Source: Cenococcum geophilum | Lineage: Eukaryota | Length of the DNA stretch: 64,000 bases | Direction of reading: 5' to 3' | NCBI GenBank assembly: GCA_050273025.1 | Contig: CP158635.1 | Coordinates: 16,802,001 to 16,866,000, forward strand | Shown: positions 54,178 through 64,000 of the stretch, in pieces | How the letters are laid out: each line of letters starts with the position of its first letter | Position numbering within the stretch: the stretch's first letter is position 1 | The notes under the pieces: model-generated | What the model was told of the DNA's origin: nothing | The model's input: the letters and a program-made list of their open reading frames with translations, nothing else | Database searches by the model: none | Position numbers and translations under genes: made by a program

Positions 54178-55088
54178 GTAACTACTATAGAAGGTTTATA
54201 ATATAGTAGTTAAAGAATATTAAACTATTTATAAGGCTTATAAAAAGGAAGAACTATAAGTATAGGAAAACGAGTAAAAAAAGGTATTTAAGGAACTTAA
54301 GGAATTATTTACCTAGAAACTAATCCTTAAAATCTATTAACTAGAGCTAGAGACGGTTATAGAAATAAACGTATTAGACTTTATACTAGGAGTATACTTA
54401 CTATAAAAGTATAAAAATATATAGCATCTAGTGGTATACTATGGTTAAAAGATAACACTACTGGAACTAAACTATGACATTTATAATAAGGAGTTATTAG
54501 GTATAGTTATAGTACTTAAAAAATAGAGAGCATTCTTATAAGGTATAGAGAAACTATTTATAGTTAAGATGGATTATAAAAACCTAATAGGGTTCCTAAT
54601 AATAAAAGAACTTAACTAAAAATAAGTTAGATGGGTAGAGATGCTCGCAGAATACTATTTCAAAATTTAGTATACTAAAGGAATAGAGAATATAAGAGCA
54701 GATATATTAAGTAGAAAGGCTAAACTATAAAATAACAAAAAACTATTAGGGGTAATACTATAAAAGGATAATAACGGATTAATTAGATATAATTACTCTA
54801 AGATTATAGTAACTTAGGAGCATAAACTACCGGAAAGCAATTAGACTAAAAGGATTTAAGAGGTATAATCTAAAGACCTAGATATAGAGTAGTATAAAAA
54901 TTAAGAAGCAATATATATACTAAAGGGTATTATAAAAGAATTTATTAAAAAATTCTATAAGGGAATAATATAAGGATATAATAGAGCTATGGGCTTAGTA
55001 TTAAGACTTTAAGAGAAGTATATTATTAATAGAATCTAGAGCTTAGTAAGAGAAATTATAAAGAAATATCTAAATTACTAAAGGAATA

Positions 55089-57138
55089 CGGAGGACGGCC
55101 CAGAAAGAAATTTCTCCTTCCTTTTTGGGAAAAGCGCGGTTTTAGCGCCAAGACCCCACCAAAATATACCAGATTTTGACTTCGAGCAACTCTACACCGA
55201 CTTTTTAATAAAATATTTTCACTTAATTGCTTGCAACGACCTTTGTACACCTTCTACTATTTTTTAAGCCCAAAATGCCTTACTACGGCCTTGCAACGAG
55301 GGCGCAGGCCGTGGTAATAAAGGCCCTAAACACTCCCCTAAAAGTGATCACTTAAATTACTGGAATTAGCGGCAGATACATCGGCAACCTAGTAAAAAAG
55401 GCAGTAGAGAATGGTTGGCGTACAGATTGGGTTCTCCTTAATAACCACCTTAAGAATAAGCCCCGCGTAGGGCGTATAAAAAGAATTACCCCTAATATAG
55501 AGTAAAAAGTTATTAATGCTGTCACATGTAATCGTTATGGGCGTGAAAAAAGTAGTAAAAAAATCGCTCGCGAAATAGGTATCTCTGTAGCATCCGTTTA
55601 AATTATACTTAAGAAGCACGACTTCCGTAAGACAAAGCTAATAAAGAAGCCTGGATTAACTGCAGCTATAAAGAACAAGCGATATAGATTTGTATTAGCT
55701 TATCGCCATTAGATGCTAGAAGATTAGAAGGCTGTAATTTGGTCAGATAAGACGAGTATCATTTTGGGCCACCGTTAAGGGGGCTATTAAGTATGGCAAC
55801 AATCGAATGAGGCCTGCGTACGTAGCTGCGTATAAAAGCGGTAGAAGAGGTACTCCGAGTTTATATTTTAGGGTTGCTTTACATACAACTTTAAAGGCCC
55901 CTACCATATTTGGAAGCCCCAAAAAAAGAAAGAATTTAACGAATTAAAATCTATTATTAAGATCTAGAATTAAGCTCTAGAGCTAGAGGTATATGAGGCC
56001 TAGAAGAAGAGTTAAGCCGCTAAAAGGAGCTTATACGAACTACGTTATAAGAGGCGTATAAGGGGGCCCCCTACTAAATGGAAATTTACGGCGTTATACG
56101 GAGCTTTGACTCGATCAGATGGAGGTAGAATTAACTAGTAGCGATATTTAACGAATATCTTAATACCAAAACTTCTTCCGTTTGCCCAGAGCCTTATATA
56201 CTTAAATCCTAATACGATTATATAGGAAGATAAGGCTACTTCTTATATCGCAAAGATTCACTAAACCTACTTTAACGCTTGCGAGATTTAGCGTCTTCTT
56301 TGGCCAGGTAATTCGCCTAATCTAAATATAATTAAGCCCTATTGGAGCTACCTAAAACGGATTACTATAAAAAGAGGCCCACTTACCTCCCACGCAGCTG
56401 CAGAGAAGGCTTAGCTTGGAGCTTGGCAAGATCTTAAGCAGTAGCAAATTCAGCAGTGGATTAAGAGGATCCCTTGCCATATTAAGAAGGTTATAGAGCT
56501 TAAAGGAGGCAACGATTATAGAGAGGGAGCAGACGAAAAGCAGTAAAGCCGGAAGCAGCTCCGTAAGGAAGCTAATTATAAGCTCTCTATAATTGCTGAG
56601 GTACTTAAAACGGGCTACGAGATATTGCGCAATCACTGTAGTCTACCTAACGCCTATCTATAATTCTTCCTTCCTACGCAGAGCCGTGAGGAAATTAAGG
56701 AGATTACTGAGGAAGAGTGGCAGAAATTAGCTGATTTGGTTGTTCCAAATCGACGTCAAAACACTCAAGGCTCTGGCTTGATTGCAGATCGACAGCTCTA
56801 TAACCAGAGACTTCAAAGAAACAATCGTAATCAAATAATAGAACGGGCAGAGAGACAGCCAGAGAGCCAGCCAGAGAGCTAGCCAGAGAGCCAAGAACAA
56901 CAAAGGCAATTAAGGCCTCAAAAACCTCGAAAGCCTATAAAATATAAGGTGCGGTGGAATAAGGTTAACCAGGTAAACGCCAGACACTAAAACACCACGT
57001 TTTAGAAGCTATATAGACAATATACTTGTATCAAAAGCTTCAATCAAGCTGATTGAGTTGATTTTGGTGGGGTCTTGGCGCTCAAAACCGCGCTTTTCCC
57101 AAAAAGGAAGGAGAAATTTCTTTCTGGGCCGTCCTTCG
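55089..57138 (+). mobile_element. Tc1/impala-like DD34E DNA transposon, RIP-inactivated
   Basis: ~78-bp TIRs with TA TSD. The ORF starts at ATG 55275 and carries WSD(E)T, (Q)EDKA.S(H) and WPGNSP(D)LN.I(E), with 34 residues between the second D and the inferred E. Confidence 0.93.
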
Positions 57139-57316
57139 TAAGCTGATGAGGTATAGGCTATATAGAAAGCTACAGCCTATTAAGATACTAGAACGTCTAT
57201 AGGAGATAATATTATAGAACTTTGTTATAAAGTTACTAAAATTAAAAAATCCTATTACTAAATAGGAGTATAATATAATCCTAGTAATAATAAACAAGTT
57301 AACTAAATAAGGCTAC

Positions 57317-57504
57317 TGTTATAGTACGTGCTGACTATCGGGGTACGATGTATAAAGTGACCGTATATAATTGACAAACGATGTTATATAAGGATCTATA
57401 TATAAAGGCGAGGCGGTATATATACGTGTCGCTTAGGGGTTAGGTCCGTGCTTATATATACGCGTATATAAGCCATAATAACGCGTTAGGTCAGTGCCGT
57501 AATA
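57317..57504. mobile_element. Solo LTR (188 bp)
   Basis: Termini tgttata...ccgtaata with TSD GCTAC/ACTAC. The host integrase sequence resumes on both sides. Confidence 0.82.
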
Positions 57505-58748
57505 ACTACTTTATAGTATATATAGAAGAAATCTTAGCAGAGGATGTCGCTAAAATCTATATTAAAGAAGTATTTATAAGATATAAAGTACTAAGCAAAA
57601 TTATATTAGATAGAGATCTAAGATTTATAGCAGGATTTTAAGAGGTATTCTTAGCAGAATAGAGAGTAAGAGTAGTAACTTCTACCGTATATTACCCACA
57701 GATAGATAAATAGATAAAAAGATTAAATTAGACGCTAGAATAGTATCTAAGATATTATATTAATTATGCACAATGTAACGGCGCTATCGTACGTTACCTA
57801 CCAAATTCTGCTATATTCTGCCGACCTACGATTAGCTCGCCTGGAGCTAGCGCCTTAGCGGCTTACCTTATATATTTATTTACATCGGTCCTAGTAACCC
57901 CTTTTTCCCTTCTCCTTAGCTTAGTATCTTTATAAGATAGTATTCTATAAGCTTTGGTTTAGAGGCATTTATATAAGCCGTTATATTATACTAAGCTTAC
58001 CCTACCCTGCCTAGGAAGGCCTTAATAATATCCTACCCCAAAAGAAACTTCGTCTGTAATAACGCGTAGATACGCTATACTTAGATACTAAAACAACTCT
58101 ATATTGCCTAGGAAGGCCTAGATAATATCCTATCTTATAAGCTAGACAGGACTAGACCTATACACCTAAAATTAAAACTAAAGCGTATAATACCGATAAA
58201 CCTTAGGAAGCTAATAATAGTACCTAAAGTAAGCTTATTTAAGAGGAACCTAAGATCTAATTAGGATTAGAAATTGAAGATAATAATAACGTCGTAGATA
58301 TACGCGAGTAAATTCGCGCCCTTATAGCTAGCTAGGAAGCCGATTGTTTTAAAGTAAGAAATATATAAGAGACCCTATAAGAGATCTTAGAAAGCCTTAC
58401 GGCCCTATAAAATAGCCTAGCTTCCCCTTTTTAAAGCCCTAGCTAACCTGTTTACTCTACTAAATAGAATATACTAGGGAGTATAGATATAATAATAAAG
58501 CAATTAAAGTCCGTTAAGCTCCCTAACCCCCTACTACTATCTAATAGGATAGACCCTACCTTTAAGAATTAGAGGATTTAAGTATAAGGAAAGCTCCGTA
58601 TTAACTATAACTATTTTCTTTCTAAAGAAGCCAAAATACTCTACCTCTTTAGTTAAACTACTAGGGACGCCTAACGGTACCTTTAAGCCAAGTTTAAGGA
58701 CGAGTCCCCTATCTAATTTATATCTATTAATAAAAAAAAATATAAAAA

Positions 58749-58979
58749 AAACTTTTACCACACATGCAACCTTACTAAAAGGTAGCACCGCACTTCCAAA
58801 CTTACGCATACCCATCTTACCATCAAAAACTATTGTTTTCCTAACTCCTAAGACCTAATTCTGCCTACCTAGCGAGCTAGAGGTAGACTTGTTCCCCTTA
58901 TTACCCCCTTTATTCTACAATAGAGGCCTTAGCAAAAGGGGTCCTAGCGTATAAGTAAAGTACGGACAAGAATACTAAA

Positions 58980-59019
<40 letters not shown>

Positions 59020-60200
59020 ATACTAAAACTATAAAATATAGACTTTTCCTAGGTTTTTCTTCTATAGAAAGTAAAAGCCTAATAAAATAGGGGGTGTAGG
59101 TACTTTTCTATATCTCTTTTAGTTAGACTTTCCTTAGTAAGAGGAGGATTGCCTTTAGGGCTTTTCTGCTAGCAAAAGCCTAACAAGTCCTTTTTTTTAG
59201 TAGTTTTTTCTACTTCTAAAAGGAAAAGAAAATAACTACACTAGTCTTTTTTAGCTAGTTTTTCTACTACCTTCTAGCCTAGTCTCCCTAGAAGTCCTCT
59301 AGTAGGATTAGTAAGGAGAAAAGGTAAAAAATAATAGTATAAACTAGTAAGGCTTTTTGCCTAGTTTTTTACCTCTAGGATTAGGAGATAAGAGACCTAA
59401 GGAGGTTATTATCTACTGAAAAAACTAGGAAACCCCCTATAAAATGTTAAAGAATCCTTAGGCTACTAAGCCTAAAAAGCCTTTTAAAGATAATAATATA
59501 GAGACAAGTGATAATAAATTCACTTTCCCTTTCCCCTCTTACTCTAGCCTATTTGGGATAGGAGAACCTTAGGCTACTAAGCCTTTTAAAGGTAAAGACA
59601 CTATAGAGATAAGCGAGGATAAACTCTTAGCTACCTTACCTATCTTACCTACCTCCTCTTCCTCTTCTCTCCCGCCCTCTCCCTGCCTATTTAGGGAGGA
59701 CGTGGAGAAAAAGAATAAAAGGAAAAGAAGGTAATCTTCTTCTGAAAATAGAAAAGAGAACCAAAACTAAAGAAGAAGGCTACTAATACCTAAGCCTATT
59801 TCGGCTAGTATACCTTCCTCTACCTCTTCTCCAAAACAGTACCTATAAATAGCTCTATATAACCTAAACCAGGCCTATATAGGGTTAAAAGAAGTGTAAG
59901 AAAAAGAGTAAGTTAAATTACTAGGGGACTACGTATAGAGTGTCCTAGTAGGAGAAAATCCCTTTATAAAAGAAAAGGAAAGAAAGGAAAGAGATGTCCT
60001 AAAAGGACTAGTAGAAGAAGTAAGAGCTCTCCGTAAGGAGGTAGCCCTAAAAATATAAACCTACGCAGAGAAGCTAAAGAAGGGCCTTTCTTCTTCTACT
60101 TTTGCTCCTTCTTCTTCTACTACCTCTTCCTCTCCCCCTCCCTCTTTATCTCCCCCTACTAGTTCTACTAGCTCGGTTAAGGAGGTATAGCGCTAAATAG
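58749..60200 (+). mobile_element. LINE-like 5' part (long 5' UTR plus start of ORF1); 3' part deleted
   Basis: It interrupts the D gag after an A-run and is repeated at 18677-18995. ORF1-like coiled coil EEVRALRKEV...TYAEKLK at ~60010-60080. Confidence 0.6.
58981..59019 (+). repeat. (CTA)13 microsatellite flanked by a direct repeat
   Basis: AATACTAAAACTA occurs at 58971-58983 and 59019-59031, but only once in the paralogue at ~18897-18909. Confidence 0.9.
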
Positions 60201-62272
60201 AGATTACCGACCTTATATCTAAACTGGCCCCCTTTATAAGGGAATACCGTAAGTAGATTAACGGAGTCCGGTAAATAGGCTAGGACATTAACCGACTAAA
60301 GGCCGATAATAATTAGGTATTAAAGATACCCCTAGGTATCTATTACAGCGTTATATGCTATATTTGCTTTAGGAAGGACGCTATTAACACTAATAAGCTT
60401 AATAAGGTGTTTGCTTAATATATCCTATTATAGGCTAATACTAGAGCTCCCCGCTATAATGCTGTAATAGTATAAGAATATAAGTAGGTAAACGATAGTC
60501 TCTATAGCAATAAAGTAGGGAGGCTTTATTTGCTACTTATAATCTAGAATACTAGGCAATTAGATAACGAGGGTAAATACCTAAAATATGCCAGTGCGTT
60601 AGTAGAGACCCTTTAAGTTTATAATAGTGGTAAGATTAATATAAGAACTAGAATGCTTAAAGTATAAAGTATAAAGCTATCTAATAGCAGGACGAAATAT
60701 ACGCTGGATGCCCTTTAAATATATAATATTAACTATATTATAAGGCCTATCTTACTTATATTAACGAACATTAACATTATAAACTATTTCTTTGTAAATA
60801 ACTATAGTAATTAGAATATATATAATACTATATATAATAAAGACTTTAAGCAAATAAATAGGGTATAGGTTAATATATATATATAAGGAAATAGGCTTAC
60901 ACTAGGCGGTAAATAAATACGACTTAACTAAAATAGTAGTAAGTTATAACTAGCAGCGCCGGATTATAATAAAGGGGTAAATTACTATAACTATAATAAA
61001 CTAGAACATAACACTATTACGCATTACCCTTTACGCGCTAGTTACCCTTTACATCCTATATACTGTACCCTCTACCTTAAGAGTAGGTAAATATCGCGAG
61101 GAACTAGGCTTCTACGCGGCATAGAAAAAAAATTATATAAAGTAGGACCCTATGCTATAATAAGGTAATCTAATCGCCCTATTATAAAGCCTAATAAATA
61201 GTTAGGCCGCCCTCCTAACTTATTATTATAAGTTAGTTAAGGCTTCTTTCTATTTATACTTAATAAGAAAACCCTAATTTATACTATAAAAGTTAAATAG
61301 GTTGTTATTTAAAGTATATTAGGTATTAGACTCTAGACTATCTAGCGTCTCCTAGGGAAGTAAGGTATATATAAAAGCTAAATAGTTCTACTAGACTAAT
61401 ATACTTATCCTCTACCTATCCATAAAAAAGTAAATAAAGATACTATAAGTTAAGTAGTAGCTCCCAAAATAATCTAGATCTTAAAGGGGATAATATTAAG
61501 CTCTATACCATAATTATCTCTATTAAAAGGCAAAGCTATTATTAATATTATTATATGCTACAGTACAACCTATTATTGTTAATTTTAATAACATTATCCT
61601 AACGGACAGTCCTATTCTTATTAGACGAAAGCCTATAAACCCTAAGCGACCCTAAGATATCCAAAACCTATACTTAAAAGAAACGTATGCGTTACTTAGA
61701 TAAATAACTACTATAGGATAACTTTGGACAATATACAAAGTAGCTACTTAGCCTAGTTAATATAAAGATATACAGTATTGCTTAAATACGTCTTATTATA
61801 TAAGTAATAACAGGCTCTATACCTAAAGAGCTTTATCTCTTTCCCTAGCTGGAAATAAATATAAGCGGTTTAAATATATTAATAAAGCAGATATAGAAAA
61901 AGGTAATTGCTATTATAAACTATTATAAAGGCCCAATAAATGGAGTATTAAGTATACTACTAGGGCTAGCGGTACGTAAGGTTCGTAGTCCTTAGATTTA
62001 GTAGTACTATATTAACTAATTTTCTAGCTATATAACTAGCTTAGCGTGTTTTAGTATACTATAATGAATATAATACGCAATACTATTGCCAGGAGTTATA
62101 ACTGCCTTAAATTAGATACTAAGGCCGTAGTAAAGAAAGTAAAGGAACTACTTAAGGATAACTGCTTTATACTTAGTGGCCTAGTTAGTACTCTATCTTT
62201 TACTATACCTAACTAATTAAGGCTAGGATAGAGAGATAAGATTTAGGGCGCCGATTATTGCACTATATATTA

Positions 62273-64000
62273 TATAACGGAACCTTGTAGCAAGAACTAC
62301 GATAGGCTTATTATTGGGCTAGGTGTGTAGGAAATATAAGTATAAAAGTCAACAACATAATAACAACTGGTGGAGTGGTTGCCCAACAGATTAACTCCAA
62401 TTATATTCTGAGAATCACTACAAAGGAAGGAACTATTTAGGTAGGGACTAAGGGTCCTTAAATACACAACCATACTCCTATAAAATCCTTCTTATATATA
62501 ATATACGTTTTATATATAAGGTACGTAAGTTCCTCTCGTTCCTTTTATTTAATACGTAGCATATTATATAACCTTAGTTACTATTCCTTGTTATATAGTT
62601 CTATTGGCTCTATCCTAAACCGTGCCTAAATTAACTAACTAGCTTCTTCCGTCTCTTTTCTAAGTAGTTATAACATTGTACTTAAAGCGTCCGTAATACC
62701 ATCTCCCTCCTCTTTATCTTTATCCTTAAAGATTTAAAACATCTCTAAGTCGTTTACTAAAGGTATAATATCCGTCTGATTAATTTGGTTAATATTATTA
62801 CTTATTATGCCTAAAGCAATTTCTTCTTTATACGCCCAACGTCGTGCTCGCACTATTGCTGTAATATTATCTCTTAGTAAGATTATGCCGTCTCTATATT
62901 CTCGTTACTTAAAAGAGGGGTTGGTTTATATTATATTGGCGAACCCATCTTCACAACAACTATTTTCTTGCTTAGAGTGTACTAAAGCAAATATTCGTTT
63001 ATCCTATAACGTTCGCTCTACTTCTAATACTAAATATACGCGATCTATTACTCTTAATAGTCGTCTAGTTCTCTAATTAATTTATCTTAGGGTCTTATAT
63101 TTAATCTACTGCTATGCGGCTAAATAGTAAACTGTTATAAGCCCTTGCTAAGTTAGAACGTTCCTATAACGCGGAATAAAAGGCTCTAAATACTTAAATT
63201 GCGGCATCTACTCGTCTGCTTTATCTTAAAAAGGTTTATAAGAAGGTTTGTTTTAAGGAGTAGAAACTTATAAAATAAGGTTTATAGGAACTAGGCAATA
63301 AAAGAACGGACTTTCCTCTAACAGAGAAGGAAACAGATCTAAGTAGTTTAGTAACTGCTCTTCTTAGATCCCCCTTAGGTAACTTATTCTTTAGCAATCC
63401 TTTTTTATTAATACTGCCTAACCTAATCTCTTCTAATACTCCTATACCTTTCCTATAGCGTTCTTTAAATTCTCTAGTAGCTCCTAGGTAGTCTTAGTAT
63501 AGCCTATCCACTTAACCTCGTACTATGTTTTATTGTCAATGTTCTTATAATTAATAATCTTTAATACTTACTATTCGTCTTCTTCTTATCCTCTATACGT
63601 GTCTACTTTATAGACCGGTGGCTTAACATTTCTATATACTGGCTTTAGCATTGCGATATACTATATAGGGTAGATCTTCATTTTAGCTAGTAGGTTTAAC
63701 TTAAACGTGACCGGTGAAATCTTCTGCATAATTTCGAAAGGTCCTAGTTTAACATAGTTTAACTTCTTGCTTAGTCGTTAACTCTTAAAATTTTTATATA
63801 GTAGCCATACTTTATCTCCCTCCTTAAGATCTAGTCCCTTAGATCTCTTAGTATTATAGTACTTTTTTATTCTTTCTTATACTTTCTTTACTAATTCCAT
63901 AAGGTCTATATAAAGATTTATTAATATCTTTATTCTTTCTTTAGCTATACTACTCGTTTTCTTTACTTGCCGTAGTAACAACGATATTCTTAGCTTATAT
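62273..64000 (-). mobile_element. Ty3/Gypsy family A copy 2: 3' LTR 62273-62698, 3' region, chromodomain and integrase; continues beyond the window
   Basis: Colinear with 4442-6165. Confidence 0.93.
62807..63491 (+). pseudogene. RIP-degraded antisense accessory gene of Gypsy A (Zn2Cys6-like plus coiled coil; inferred intron 63036-63090), copy 2
   Basis: The ATG is retained. The pattern Y-x2-Y-x6-Y-x13-C-x2-C-x8-Y uses TAT/TAC, the RIP products of TGT/TGC. After removing a 55-nt (G>A)TACGC...CTAAT...TTAG intron, the frame continues into a heptad-like region. Confidence 0.72.

Larger units (their letters stand above)
28823..57773 (+). mobile_element. Ty3/Gypsy family B host element (5' LTR 28823-29236; gag-PR-RT-RH-IN), split by nested insertions; 3' end not seen in the window
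   Basis: The gag ATG is at 29277. Pieces rejoin across TSDs at 30575/36558, 37020/39072, 39583/46644, 48332/54178, 55087/57139 and 57312/57505. Protease ~47120, RT YxDD ~48080, RNase H ~54360-54720, integrase ~57200-57770. Confidence 0.88.
57774..62272 (+). mobile_element. Gypsy-type family D element: 5' LTR 57774-57985, gag (interrupted), then unidentified sequence
   Basis: LTR termini tgtaacggc...gccgttata. Gag motif VKLP(D)P...DPTF..(W)RI(Q)V(Q)GKL at ~58510-58600, and a degenerate zinc knuckle at ~60980-61030. Confidence 0.72.

Noticed and set aside
1804..58815. Remaining short I/L/Y/K-rich ORFs in the track
   Set aside because: They lie within RIP-mutated TEs, as off-frame or antisense stretches or broken pieces of TE polyproteins.

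Overview
Fungal (Pezizomycotina-type) AT-rich repeat block, shaped by repeat-induced point mutation (RIP): TpA is abundant, CpA/TpG are depleted, and TE reading frames are broken by TAA/TAG where CAA/CAG/TGG are expected. Most of the window is nested, dead transposons whose order can be read from LTRs, TIRs and target-site duplications (TSDs). These are several Ty3/Gypsy families, Ty1/Copia elements (two full length, one gag-only deletion derivative), three full-length Tc1/mariner-pogo DNA transposons plus one remnant, LINE fragments, solo LTRs and two copies of a ~1.02 kb non-coding (CTA)n-tailed retroposon. Only one intact gene is visible: a two-exon, 388-aa protein (17234-18453) with a PD-(D/E)xK-like motif and tandem TGAGTCA sites upstream. 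The most notable observation is in one Gypsy family, present twice. Between the 3' LTR and the integrase-chromodomain it carries an apparently spliced antisense gene that, once RIP changes are reversed, encodes a Zn(II)2Cys6-like cluster plus coiled coil. Family labels (A-D) are mine, coordinates were read by eye, and no database searches were run.
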